From Pseudomonadota bacterium (GTDB lineage: Bacteria; Pseudomonadota; Gammaproteobacteria; Xanthomonadales; SZUA-38), in NCBI GenBank assembly GCA_038747195.1, contig JBCDKA010000001.1, positions 27,080 through 91,079 of the forward strand: DNA of 64,000 nucleotides, given 5' to 3'. The stretch's first letter is position 1, and each line of letters starts with the position of its first letter. This document shows, piece by piece, positions 10,413-20,265 of this stretch. Made by a program: the position numbers and the translations under genes. The notes beneath the pieces are model-generated. The model was not told the DNA's origin and did no database searches. It saw nothing but the letters and a program-made list of their open reading frames with translations.

Positions 10413-11178
10413 GCACGATCTTCGGATAGCGGCGATCCAGCCGGACGATCAACCAGACTCCGGTGATCAGTAGCATCAGGGCCACCCCTATCGCTGGAAG
10501 AAGTTGCCTGAAGTCGGGCCAGCTGGCGGCAATCAGTACGTCCCGATAGGCCGTTATAAGGTTGGCTAACGGGTTGAGTAATACATATCCCTGAACCTCG
10601 AGCGGAAGATTCTGGATTTCGTAAAAGATACCGGACGTGAAGAGCATCACCATGATGCCGTGAGTGATCAAATATTTCAGATCGGGGACCAGTGGCAAGA
10701 TCGCGGCCGCGATCAGCAGGCACCCCAGGTTGAGAGCGAGTTGGATCAGGAGCAAAACCGGCAGCGCCAGGTAATGAATCGACACCTCGAAGCCGCTAAT
10801 CCAGAGAAAGGGCAGCAGCAGCAGCAGAGTACAGGCAAACTTGAAGCTGTCGCTGAGAAAGCTCACGAGTGGGAACACTATTTTGGGCAAGTAGACCTGC
10901 TGCATAAGCCCGTGCCCCTGCCGGATCGAGGTCGAGCCGTTGCTGACGGCGTTTCCGAACCACCGGAAAAACACCAGCCCAACCAAAAGAAACTGCACAA
11001 AATTGGCGCCGCCGCGTTCCAGAAAGACCTCAAAGACCAGATAAAACACGGCCATGTACAGGACCGGGTCGAGCACCCACCAGGCGATTCCGATGTAGGT
11101 TCGCGACGTCTCGACAAGCAGCTCCGAACGAGCCTTGAACAAGACCAGGTCAGCGTAGTGGGTCCAGGACAAGCTCAT
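10396..11178 (-). CDS. wzm: Polysaccharide ABC transporter permease (Wzm/TagG-like)
   Basis: IGIAWWVLDP, QVYLPKIVFPL, SGIFY, LNPLANLITAYRDVL. About six TM segments. Confidence 0.85.
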   Translation of the reverse strand: MSLSWTHYADLVLFKARSELLVETSRTYIGIAWWVLDPVLYMAVFYLVFEVFLERGGANFVQFLLVGLVFFRWFGNAVSNGSTSIRQGHGLMQQVYLPKIVFPLVSFLSDSFKFACTLLLLLPFLWISGFEVSIHYLALPVLLLIQLALNLGCLLIAAAILPLVPDLKYLITHGIMVMLFTSGIFYEIQNLPLEVQGYVLLNPLANLITAYRDVLIAASWPDFRQLLPAIGVALMLLITGVWLIVRLDRRYPKIVRVRGA

Positions 11179-11181
11179 GCC

Positions 11182-13758
11182 TCAGGTCATCAGCAGCTGC
11201 TGAACGTCGGACCGCAGGGAAAAATCCTCAGTGACCGGCGACAGGCTTGGGTTATAGAAAGGATCTCCAAGGCATAGGGCCAGCGAGTGCCGCTGGCGCA
11301 TAAATGCGGCTTCGCGGTTGAATCGTCGCTGCTTTGCCGGCGTATCTTCGGTGCCGCGCGACTTCGATTCGTGATGCACAAGACGGCAGCGCGGGGTGTA
11401 GACATTCCGATAGCCCAATTCCATCAGTCGGAGGCAGAAGTCCACGTCGTTGAAGGCCACCGACAGATTTTGATCGTCCAGCCCTCCGGCTTCCAAGTAA
11501 AGCTGGCGCTTGACCATCAGGCAGGCGCCGGTCACAGCGCTGACGTTCTGGTCCAGGTGCGGGCGGCAGAAGTAGCCGTGGTGCTGTGACGGCAGGTACT
11601 TGTGCGAATGTCCCGCGACGCCACCAATGCCGAGGATCACGCCCGCGTGCTGAATGCTCTGGTCGGGATACAGCAGCAGCCCGCCCACCGCGCCGGTCTG
11701 CGGGTGAATCGAATGCTCAACCAGCGCCCGTAGCCAGCCTTCCTCGAGAATCTCGATATCGTTATTCAGCAGGAGCAGTTGCTCAGCATCAGTCTGCTCG
11801 GCGGCGAAGTTGTTGATCGCCGAGAAGTTGAATGGCTGATCGAAGTCGATGAAGCGCACCCGTTCATGAGCCGACCATTGATCCATCAGCCGCCGGGTGC
11901 GCTTCTGTCGACTCTGATTGTTGACCCCAATCACTTCGTATCGGCGGTAGTCGGTCTTGCTCGTCAGCGATTCCAGGCAGGTATCCAGAACAGTCGGCTC
12001 GTCGCGGAAGGGTATCAGCACCGCAACCGTGGGGCTCTCTTCGAGATGGCGCACCACCCGATAGGTTCCGGGGTATGGGCCTTTCTCGGCTGCGCCAAGC
12101 TCGCCGAGGCAGTCGGAAACGGCGCTGACGCCGCGGTCCCAGGCGTAGTCCTTGTCGCCAAAGCGCTGGGCGGTCGAGCCTGGCACTTTGCGCCAGTAGT
12201 AAAGTACGCGCGTGATGTGGAAGATGCTGTCAGCGACAGACGCCACCCGCAGCAGGAGGTCGTGGTCCTGGGAACCCTCAAAGCCGGTTCGAAAGCCCCC
12301 CACCGAATTCACCAGCTCGCGCCGGTAGATGCCGAGGTGGGAGATGTAGTTCTGGCTGAGCAGCATCGGCCAGGAGAAGTCTGGCTTGAAATGCGGTTCA
12401 ACAATCCGGTCTTCGTCGTCCAGCTTGGCCTCATCGGAATAAATGATGTCTGGCCGGTGCCGGACGATCACGCGAGCGGAGAGCCAAAGCGCATCAGTGG
12501 TCAGCTCATCATCATGATCGAGAAGTGCCACGTGCTCCCCGGTAGCCAGCGCCAGCGCGGCATTGGTGGCAGCGCTGATCCCCGCGTTACTGGACAGGAG
12601 TTCAACTCGAATACGTGGATCATCGAGCGACCGCAAATACTCTTCGATGGCGGTGTCTTCGGAGGCGTCGTCGACCAAACAAAGCTCCCAGAACGGATAG
12701 ATCTGCTTACGTACCGAGTCTACGCACGCTTTTAGCCAGCGCAGGTCGACCCGGTAGATGGGTACGAGCACAGAAATCGTCGGCTGATAATCCCAACCCT
12801 CCCATTCTGTTTGCGCCTGCGACTTCAGTTCATCGCTGGCTGACCTCAAACCCAGCCCGGGTTCGTCTCGGCGCAGATGGCAGGCTCGGCTACCTTCAGC
12901 AAATTCTGCTCTGCCGATCAGCTCCCAGTGTTCTCTCGCTGATTCAAAATCGCCAGAGACGATCGCCTCCAGTACATCCGGATTGGAGCGCAGATACGCG
13001 GTTTCGGTGAAAGGCACGTCACTACTTCCGATGCTTCGCGCCCGGAGCTGACCGAGCCAGCGTTGAAAGGTCAGCGGATCATCGATTTGTGTCTGGTAAT
13101 TCGGCTTTCCTTCGAAGCCGGGCCCCGCCAGCAGCGCGGCGCCCGGCAGGCCTGGTACCTCGCGATCACACCAGACGGCGAGGGGGCATCCGCTGATGTT
13201 GGCAGCAGACTCGGCCCGATCGATCACCTCCGCCGAACCGTCGCCCAGGGCCAGTGCGAGAATGCCTTGGCACCCGGCGAGATCGCGAAAATCTTCTCCC
13301 GGTGTGACCTGGCGATGATCGCCAATATGGCTGAAAGGCAGGGGGCTCCCGATAACGAGTAGCCAGCCACCTTCAGGCATTTGCTTGAGCCGCGTTAGGC
13401 CAGCGCGATTGCAGCTGGCCTCGGCGTGCAGCAGAGTGGACCGGGACAGCTTCAGGTTTTCGCGCGGGTCAACGCCGGAGTCCTGCTCGTCCAGCAGCAC
13501 AGGGAGCTGATCCCACGCCGTAGGCCCACGCTTCAATCTAAGCATGCTCGAGAGCACCCGATTGGCGCTCGCGGCGGCCCGAAACGTCATGGAAGAAAGC
13601 GTGGCGGTGATGGCCTGCCTCAGCGCGTCGTTGCGATCCCGTTCCGCTGCAAGTCTGCGGCTGAGACGCAGGCATTCGCGCCGGAGTCGCTCCTCCGTGC
13701 TGCTGCGCTCAGCGGGCTGCGGGCGGGATGCCGCGTCGGGCCGCACGCTAGGCTTCAC
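11182..13758 (-). CDS. Multidomain glycosyltransferase with two GT2 domains and N-terminal coiled coil
   Basis: ISVLVPIY..VDDAS..LLDHDDEL..YSDE..EGSQDHDLLLR. Second domain LLNNDIE..SAVTGACL..AFNDVDFCLRL..HHESKSRG. Confidence 0.9.
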   Translation of the reverse strand: MKPSVRPDAASRPQPAERSSTEERLRRECLRLSRRLAAERDRNDALRQAITATLSSMTFRAAASANRVLSSMLRLKRGPTAWDQLPVLLDEQDSGVDPRENLKLSRSTLLHAEASCNRAGLTRLKQMPEGGWLLVIGSPLPFSHIGDHRQVTPGEDFRDLAGCQGILALALGDGSAEVIDRAESAANISGCPLAVWCDREVPGLPGAALLAGPGFEGKPNYQTQIDDPLTFQRWLGQLRARSIGSSDVPFTETAYLRSNPDVLEAIVSGDFESAREHWELIGRAEFAEGSRACHLRRDEPGLGLRSASDELKSQAQTEWEGWDYQPTISVLVPIYRVDLRWLKACVDSVRKQIYPFWELCLVDDASEDTAIEEYLRSLDDPRIRVELLSSNAGISAATNAALALATGEHVALLDHDDELTTDALWLSARVIVRHRPDIIYSDEAKLDDEDRIVEPHFKPDFSWPMLLSQNYISHLGIYRRELVNSVGGFRTGFEGSQDHDLLLRVASVADSIFHITRVLYYWRKVPGSTAQRFGDKDYAWDRGVSAVSDCLGELGAAEKGPYPGTYRVVRHLEESPTVAVLIPFRDEPTVLDTCLESLTSKTDYRRYEVIGVNNQSRQKRTRRLMDQWSAHERVRFIDFDQPFNFSAINNFAAEQTDAEQLLLLNNDIEILEEGWLRALVEHSIHPQTGAVGGLLLYPDQSIQHAGVILGIGGVAGHSHKYLPSQHHGYFCRPHLDQNVSAVTGACLMVKRQLYLEAGGLDDQNLSVAFNDVDFCLRLMELGYRNVYTPRCRLVHHESKSRGTEDTPAKQRRFNREAAFMRQRHSLALCLGDPFYNPSLSPVTEDFSLRSDVQQLLMT

Positions 13759-14497
13759 AGGTTTGCTCCGACGTATCCTGGGAAGTGACGTAGGCGTCTA
13801 GAACCTCGTCACAGTCGCCAAAGGCTTTCGTTTTGCCGCCGTCCAGCCAGAGCGCAGTGTCACAGTACAGCCGCACGTAGGGCAGGCTGTGAGACACGAG
13901 GATAACGGTCTGGGAAGAGGCCATGCGGGCCTTGATCACGCCGGCGGACTTTTCCCGAAAGGCCATATCGCCGACGCCGATCACTTCGTCAATCAGCAGA
14001 ATGTCAGGCTCTAGGTACACCGATACGGCAAAGCCGAGCCTTGCCCTCATCCCTGTGGAATAGGTCCTGGCCGGCTGGTCAAAAAACTCTCCCAGGCCCG
14101 AGAAAGCCTGGATGTTGTCCAGCTCCCGATGGATCTTTTTCCGGGACACCCCCAGCAACAGTCCGCTCAGTATGGCGTTGCTGCGCCCGGTCAGGTTGGG
14201 GTCCAGGCCGGCGTTCAGCGACAGCAGTGTTGCGGTCCGGCCGCCCAGTTCGATGTGGCCGCAATCCGGCGAGATAATGCCGGCTAGCAGCGAAAGCAGC
14301 GTGCTTTTGCCTGCGCCGTTGTTGCCCACCACCCCTAGCGAGGTTCCGTCACGAATCTCCAGGTTCAGATCACGAAGCGCCCAGAAAAGGTCCTTGCCTT
14401 TGGCGCCGCGCCGCCAGCCGTAGTGACAGCCGACGTCCTTGAGCACGATGCGGTCCGGGGTCACTCCGGCGTTGTTTTTGTTCGGGTATTTCATCAA
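13748..14497 (-). CDS. wzt: Polysaccharide ABC transporter ATP-binding protein (Wzt/TagH-like)
   Basis: Walker A GNNGAGKST, signature YSTGMRARLGF, Walker B ILLIDEVIGVGD, VSH. Confidence 0.9.
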   Translation of the reverse strand: MMKYPNKNNAGVTPDRIVLKDVGCHYGWRRGAKGKDLFWALRDLNLEIRDGTSLGVVGNNGAGKSTLLSLLAGIISPDCGHIELGGRTATLLSLNAGLDPNLTGRSNAILSGLLLGVSRKKIHRELDNIQAFSGLGEFFDQPARTYSTGMRARLGFAVSVYLEPDILLIDEVIGVGDMAFREKSAGVIKARMASSQTVILVSHSLPYVRLYCDTALWLDGGKTKAFGDCDEVLDAYVTSQDTSEQTCEA

Positions 14498-14683
14498 CGT
14501 AGCGGGTGCGTGTCTCTTTGGCGGCTCGACGGTGTCAGGACCGTTGTCGGTGGTCGCGATGATACTTCGAAAAGCGGCGTTATTCCGTCGTTTGGCGCTC
14601 TCCTGCCGCTGAAACTAAGCAAAAAGGCCTGCAACGCGGTCCGCAGCCCAGAAAACGCCTCGAGTTGCTGCAGTGCCCTGACC

Positions 14684-15844
14684 TTACGTCTCCAGCAACG
14701 ATAATGCCGGGCTGCCAACCAGGACATCCCCGCGGCTTGAGATGTCCGGGATGATTCGCTGGCCGCCCCGCACGAAAAACCCCTCGCCCCGTCTCGCCGT
14801 AAATTCGCCTACCGTCGCTTGTCCATCCAGGACCAGCCCGCACGCTGGTCCGGTGATCGAACGGGCATTGTTGCCGCGCAGCCGAACGAGGGAAAACTCT
14901 TTGAGGCTCATTGGCGGCAGGTCCTGTCTCTCGCTTGCCGGAACAAACTCGATGTGCGAAATCAGTGCCTCCACGTCCACGTGTTTTGGCGTCAAGCCCC
15001 CTCGCAGGACGTTATCCGAGTTGGCCATGATTTCTGCACACTGACCATGCAGATAGGCATGAGGTACGTTGGCGTCCTGGAAAATGGTTTCACCAGGCTC
15101 CAGCTTGACCAGGTTCATCAGCAGGAAACCGAAAACACCACGGTCAACTGCGTCCCCTGGTGTCGCGTGTAAGGATCGCCAGCGACTGAGCCAGGAAATC
15201 GGATCGGACGAGATCCCTGCGGTATGGCTGCCGGCCGTTTCGAGCACCGGTGCGAGCCACGCCGCCAGCTCGTCTGCCGGCGCCCGCATGAGCCGTTCGA
15301 ACAGGGCCTGGAGACCCTCGGTTTCAAGCAGCCGCCCGGGCTGCTTCAGCGAAGGAAACCGCCGAAGCTGCTCGAGCCCATCGGCCAGCGGCCGAAATCC
15401 GTACAGCAGCCAGAAGCTGCTCAGCGCAAGCGCAAGTTCAGGCTTCGGGTTGGCGTCCTTGAAGTTGCGCTGTGGACTGTCCTTCGCGATTCCAAGCGCG
15501 TTCTCGCGGGTAAAACCCTCGACGGCCTGAGCGGCGTTGGGGTGAACCTGGATCGAAAGCGGTCTGGCGACGTCGAGTACCTTCATCAGATAAGGCAGCT
15601 CGTCGAACCGGTTTGCCGTTGGCTGCCCGAGCCAGTGTGCTCGGTCGTCTTTGATCAATTTTGCGAGGCTTTGCCAGCGTCCCTCGATCAAAACTTCAGC
15701 GGGGTCGCCGGGGTGGGCACCAAGCCAGTATTCAGCCCACGGTTGGTCGCCTTCCGGCTGTCCGAGCAGGTCGGGAATGTACGCGTCACCACCCCAGGCG
15801 TAATGTCGCACTTTGCCGCGTAGTGGAAACGCCGAAGCTTTCAT
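14684..15844 (-). CDS. manA: Mannose-6-phosphate isomerase, class I
   Basis: ATG at 15844 overlaps the upstream stop. YAWG, AEYWLGAHP, LSIQVHP, KPEL, PHAYLHG, EIMANSDNVLRGGLTPKHVD. Confidence 0.92.
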   Translation of the reverse strand: MKASAFPLRGKVRHYAWGGDAYIPDLLGQPEGDQPWAEYWLGAHPGDPAEVLIEGRWQSLAKLIKDDRAHWLGQPTANRFDELPYLMKVLDVARPLSIQVHPNAAQAVEGFTRENALGIAKDSPQRNFKDANPKPELALALSSFWLLYGFRPLADGLEQLRRFPSLKQPGRLLETEGLQALFERLMRAPADELAAWLAPVLETAGSHTAGISSDPISWLSRWRSLHATPGDAVDRGVFGFLLMNLVKLEPGETIFQDANVPHAYLHGQCAEIMANSDNVLRGGLTPKHVDVEALISHIEFVPASERQDLPPMSLKEFSLVRLRGNNARSITGPACGLVLDGQATVGEFTARRGEGFFVRGGQRIIPDISSRGDVLVGSPALSLLET

Positions 15845-16926
15845 AGATCCACCCCGGCCGTGATCGGCGCTGTCGTTGACAGCAGCTCGCGGCTTTCGTC
15901 CATGCCACCGATCACCAGCCAGCGTCCGGGTGCCAAAGTCAATAGGGCACGGTGGTCCATGGTGGGCCGAGCTTGCACCGCGAGCGCCTCCCAACGATCT
16001 TCTGCTGCCACGTAGGCGAACGCGCCGTTGCGAGGTTCGGACGGTATTCCGTTGTAGCCAACGCCGTTATAGTTGTACGGGTTGTCGGTGCCACCAAAGA
16101 AAACGATCTGTCCGCCGGAACCGGCTGCTGCGCTACGGTAGAGAGCAGGCCCGGGGTGGCTGGAGATCTGCCGCCAGCTGATTCGGGAAGGGTCTAACGA
16201 GTCGATGTCGCCGCGGTAGCACTCGGGAGAGGGAACAAAGCTCCGTCGTTCCTCATCATTCGCCGGCGCCAGCACCTTGACGCCGTCACATACGATCAGG
16301 GTTCGTCCGCTGATGCCGCCTGAATGACCGAATACGGGCGGGCCGGGGAAAGGCGTGGCCGCCAGCCAAGAGTGGGTCTGGGTATCGAAGACCTGCACTA
16401 AATCGACGTTGTCGTTGTTGTGCCAGCCTGAGACCAGAAACACGTAGCGATCGGCATACACTGCCGAAACCGCATCATCTACCGCAACAGGCATGTCCGG
16501 TAACCGTCGATAGGTTCCGGTCGCGGGATTGAGCTCATAACCATCGGGCGTTGACACTTCGGCGCCATCCTCCGAGACGGTGTAGCCGCCGAAAAAGTAG
16601 ACTTGGCCGGCGACGGTTTGGGCGGTTGCGGCTAGCCGACCGACGCCTCCCGGTATCGGAGCCAGCTCGCGCCACCTCTTGTCGCCGCTGCGCCAGGAAA
16701 AGACACGGTCGGAAACATGTCGCCACGTCTTGCCGTCGACCAGCCCTGCGAGGCTGATGACCTGGACAGACGCGGCGGGCCCAGGAATCAGCACCGCTGC
16801 GTTGTTTGACACCGTCACCGGCAATTCTGGCGGCGTAGGGCTCGTCAACCCGTCCGGTTTCGGGCTGACGGTGCTATCAAACTGGCATCCGACAAGCAGT
16901 GCCAGGACAAATGGAAAAAGTCTCAC
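15841..16926 (-). CDS. Kelch-repeat beta-propeller lipoprotein (NanM/galactose-oxidase-like)
   Basis: Lipobox LVGC. Repeated YFFGG/FLVSG/VFFGG/LVIGG..W Kelch motifs. Confidence 0.8.
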   Translation of the reverse strand: MRLFPFVLALLVGCQFDSTVSPKPDGLTSPTPPELPVTVSNNAAVLIPGPAASVQVISLAGLVDGKTWRHVSDRVFSWRSGDKRWRELAPIPGGVGRLAATAQTVAGQVYFFGGYTVSEDGAEVSTPDGYELNPATGTYRRLPDMPVAVDDAVSAVYADRYVFLVSGWHNNDNVDLVQVFDTQTHSWLAATPFPGPPVFGHSGGISGRTLIVCDGVKVLAPANDEERRSFVPSPECYRGDIDSLDPSRISWRQISSHPGPALYRSAAAGSGGQIVFFGGTDNPYNYNGVGYNGIPSEPRNGAFAYVAAEDRWEALAVQARPTMDHRALLTLAPGRWLVIGGMDESRELLSTTAPITAGVDL

Positions 16927-17147
16927 GAGTCCAGCAAGTCACGAATTTCGTCAGGCCCGAAGGGCCAAAACAACTCCCTTTCGCCGACTGCCAGGACCGG
17001 TATGGTGGTGCCGTAGCGTTCCAGTAGCTCGACGCTTCGAGAGATATCTTTCGGGGCAATGTCTACCCCCAGCGAGGACGCCATGGCGCTCGCCTGCTCG
17101 CACAGCCCGCAACCGTCACGGGTGTAAAGGATTACCGATTTGCTCAT
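16923..17147 (-). CDS. Glutaredoxin-like protein (DUF836 type)
   Basis: LYTRDGCGLCE (CxxC), YGTTIPVL, LFWPF. Confidence 0.85.
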   Translation of the reverse strand: MSKSVILYTRDGCGLCEQASAMASSLGVDIAPKDISRSVELLERYGTTIPVLAVGERELFWPFGPDEIRDLLDS

Positions 17148-17194
17148 GGCTCCGGGGTATACAATAGCCACCCCCAAGGTACAAGGCGTTAGCC

Positions 17195-18574
17195 ATGGCG
17201 GTCAGCACCTTTGATCTTTTCAAAATCGGCGTGGGTCCTTCCAGCTCCCATACCGTCGGGCCGATGAAGGCGGCCTGCAGCTTTGCCAGACGTCTTGGCG
17301 AGCAGCGGCTACTCAACGACGTAAGCTGGGTGAGGTCTGAGCTATTCGGCTCTCTGGGTCACACGGGTCGTGGTCACGGCACCGATAAGGCGGTGATGCT
17401 GGGTCTGGAAGGTGATTTACCCGACCGCATCGATCCTGACGACATCGGCGGCCGTCTCGAGAAAATCTTCTCCAGCAACTCGCTGACGCTCGACGGCAAG
17501 CGTTCGATCGAGTTCCTGCCGAAGCAACACATGATTTTCCACAAGCGAGACCGGCTTCCGTTTCACTCCAACGGGATGCGTTTCTCAGCACTCGACTCAC
17601 AAGAAAAGGTTTTGCTTCAGGCCGAGTTCTATTCTGTCGGCGGCGGCTTTGTTGTGAGCAAGGACGAAGCCGCGGCCAATCGAATTGTGCCGGACGACAC
17701 CGAGCTGATGTACCCCTTTAAGACCGGAGATGATTTGCTGGAACTCTGCAGTCGGCACGGAAAGTCAATCGCCCAGATTATGTTGGCAAACGAACAGGCC
17801 TGGCGCAGCCGCGCGGCAATCAAAGAGCAGCTGAAGAAAATCTGGGAAGCCATGCAGGCCTGCGTAGCGCGGGGCATCCGCAGCCCGGGCGAGCTGCCTG
17901 GCGGGCTGCGCGTTCAGCGCCGCGCACCAATCATCTATCAGCGTCTTAACCAGCGGCCGGAAGATGCGCTTAAAGATCCACTTAACATTATGGACTGGGT
18001 AAATCTCTATGCGCTAGCGGTCAATGAAGAAAACGCCGTCGGAGGCCGCGTTGTCACCGCACCGACCAACGGTGCCGCTGGAATCGTCCCTGCGGTGCTG
18101 CACTACTACGATCGCTTCTGTCCGGGCGCCGACTGGAAAGGCGTTTCAGATTTCCTGCTAACGGCAGCGGCTGTCGGTATCTTGTTCAAGGAGAACGCAT
18201 CGATTTCAGGCGCTGAGGTTGGGTGCCAGGGGGAGGTTGGCGTAGCCTGCTCGATGGCGGCAGCCGGCCTCACGGCCGCCTTGGGAGGCAGCCCGACCCA
18301 GGTCGAAAACGCGGCGGAAATTGGCATGGAGCACAACCTGGGGCTCACCTGCGACCCGATCGGAGGCCTGGTACAGATCCCCTGTATCGAGCGGAACGCG
18401 ATGGGTGCGGTGAAAGCCATCAATGCCCAACGCATGGCGGTGCGGGGTGACGGCAAACACCAAGTGTCGCTGGATAAGGTCATCAAGACCATGCGCGAAA
18501 CGGGTGCTGACATGAAGACCAAGTACAAGGAAACTTCCCGCGGCGGGCTGGCCGTTAACGTCGTAGAGTGCTAA
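17195..18574 (+). CDS. sdaA: L-serine ammonia-lyase (Fe-S dependent)
   Basis: [63 protein letters not shown]. Confidence 0.97.
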   Translation: MAVSTFDLFKIGVGPSSSHTVGPMKAACSFARRLGEQRLLNDVSWVRSELFGSLGHTGRGHGTDKAVMLGLEGDLPDRIDPDDIGGRLEKIFSSNSLTLDGKRSIEFLPKQHMIFHKRDRLPFHSNGMRFSALDSQEKVLLQAEFYSVGGGFVVSKDEAAANRIVPDDTELMYPFKTGDDLLELCSRHGKSIAQIMLANEQAWRSRAAIKEQLKKIWEAMQACVARGIRSPGELPGGLRVQRRAPIIYQRLNQRPEDALKDPLNIMDWVNLYALAVNEENAVGGRVVTAPTNGAAGIVPAVLHYYDRFCPGADWKGVSDFLLTAAAVGILFKENASISGAEVGCQGEVGVACSMAAAGLTAALGGSPTQVENAAEIGMEHNLGLTCDPIGGLVQIPCIERNAMGAVKAINAQRMAVRGDGKHQVSLDKVIKTMRETGADMKTKYKETSRGGLAVNVVEC

Positions 18575-18722
18575 TCGACCAGTCAGGTCACAATGGAACG
18601 GCAGCGACGCGGTTTGGGGGAAAGTCCACTCAGCATCGTCCCTACTGGGGCGCCTCTCGGAACGCACGAACGAAGCGAGCGTAGAGAGTTTTATTCCACA
18701 ATCGAAAACCAGAGGTTTTTGC

Positions 18723-20186
18723 ATGAGCCGGTTGGTCGTTTTAGGTTTTTTGGTGTTGATCTGGGAATTGAGTCTGTCGCAGACGACGGTCACCATCGAC
18801 GTTGATCCGATCGGAGACGACGCTTTAGAGCTGGGCTGCAGCCTGCGCGAAGCCATCAGCCTCGCCAACGCTGGATTGACGGAAGGGCTGGACTGCAGTT
18901 CGGTTTTGACCGGCACAGGATTCCCGCTTAGCTACGAGTTCAATTTGCCTGAGATGCGCTACCAACTGCTGGGCGATGTGGCGTCGGGTGAAGCCGGCGG
19001 CGACCTGGATGTTGACGCTGAGATTTCGGTCCAGGGTGCAGGTTCTGACCGTACGGTGATTGAAGGCAATGAGCTTGACCGGGTCTTGCACCTCACGACC
19101 TTTAACTCGAGCGTGACGTTGCGCGATCTGCAAATCACAGGCGGCGCGGTTCGAGGGGATACCAACGGCGGCGGAATCCTGGTTGAGGGGGGCGCGCTGG
19201 ACGTGGAGCGGGTTGTCTTCAGCGACAACCAGGCCATCGGAGAAATTGGTCAGTCAGCCGCCGACGGCGGCGGGATTGCCAGTGTAGGCGGTAGACTTCG
19301 CATCGGGCCAGCCACAGTTTTCGAGGACAACCGCGCGACCGGACTCGGCGGTGCGGTGTTTTCAGATAGCGTGATGATGGTGGATGGTGCAGTCTTCGAG
19401 CGCAACAGCGCCAGCGATGGTGGTGCGGTCTTTGCCTTAACCAGAGGCGCGATTGTCACCATCGAAAACTGTCTTGTCCGCGGCAACACCGCGCTTAGTC
19501 GCGGCGGCGGCATGCGGCTTCAGGGTGAGATCGCCGGCGTCGTTGCGGTCGAGAAATGTTCCATCGTTGAAAACAGCGCTTTCTCGGGCGGCGGCATTTT
19601 TGGCGCCGGGGTGGACCTGGCCAACAGCACGATCGCCGCCAACCAGGCAGAGCGAACGGCGGGCGGAATCCGGTTGAACCAGTCGCGGCTGACTGGCGTC
19701 ACCATCGCCGGCAACGTCGCGCAGCTGGGCGTTGGGGGGCTGTCCGTAGAATCTGGGCCTTTCGTATTGACCAACTCCATTGTTGCAGACAATCAGGACG
19801 CGACTGGCGCTAATCCAGACTGTGAGGGCAATATCCAGCCGCAGGGCGTCAACCTGATTTCTCGCAACGACGGCTGTTCGGTTGTCTTTCCGGGCGGTCT
19901 GCCGAACGCCAACGGCGATCTGGTAGGTACCACGATCCTGCCTTTGGACCCGGGCCTGGCGCCGCTGGCCGGAACGCCGCCGGTGCTGCTGCCCGGCGCG
20001 GGCAGCATTGTGGTAGACGCCGTTGGAGTCGGGCTTTGTACCTACGCGGCGGCGTCAAACAACGGGCTGTTTAGCGACGGCGACCCGGTTCAGTTCGACC
20101 AACGGGGTATGCCGCGGGACAGTTTGTGCGACATTGGGGCCATCGAGTCGGATGAACTGTTTACCAACGGATTTGAAGGCAACTGA
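18723..20186 (+). CDS. Secreted CSLREA-domain / right-handed beta-helix / choice-of-anchor-Q-like protein (copy 1)
   Basis: Signal peptide, GCSLREAI, GGG/GGA-N repeats, DQRG..R..CDIGAIE. Ends DELFTNGFEGN*. Confidence 0.85.
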   Translation: MSRLVVLGFLVLIWELSLSQTTVTIDVDPIGDDALELGCSLREAISLANAGLTEGLDCSSVLTGTGFPLSYEFNLPEMRYQLLGDVASGEAGGDLDVDAEISVQGAGSDRTVIEGNELDRVLHLTTFNSSVTLRDLQITGGAVRGDTNGGGILVEGGALDVERVVFSDNQAIGEIGQSAADGGGIASVGGRLRIGPATVFEDNRATGLGGAVFSDSVMMVDGAVFERNSASDGGAVFALTRGAIVTIENCLVRGNTALSRGGGMRLQGEIAGVVAVEKCSIVENSAFSGGGIFGAGVDLANSTIAANQAERTAGGIRLNQSRLTGVTIAGNVAQLGVGGLSVESGPFVLTNSIVADNQDATGANPDCEGNIQPQGVNLISRNDGCSVVFPGGLPNANGDLVGTTILPLDPGLAPLAGTPPVLLPGAGSIVVDAVGVGLCTYAAASNNGLFSDGDPVQFDQRGMPRDSLCDIGAIESDELFTNGFEGN

Positions 20187-20248
20187 TTCACGGCTTTTGC
20201 TGGTGGGGCTGGTAACGGCACTCGCGATTGCGGTGTCCGGCCCGTCCG
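19872..20248 (+). repeat. Direct repeat copy A (377 bp)
   Basis: Matches 23199..23575 (offset 3327) with 8 substitutions counted by eye and no indels. Confidence 0.92.
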
Positions 20249-20265
20249 GCTCGAAAAGGGGCTAA
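20173..20265 (+). pseudogene. Relic 5' fragment (signal peptide) of the downstream M23 peptidase gene
   Basis: MKATDSRLLLVGLVTALAIAVSGPSGSKRG* is nearly identical to the N-terminus encoded from 23500, then diverges and stops. Confidence 0.65.

Noticed and set aside
14494-14727. 77-aa ORF between manA and wzt
   Set aside because: No recognisable features. More likely the promoter region of the wzt operon.
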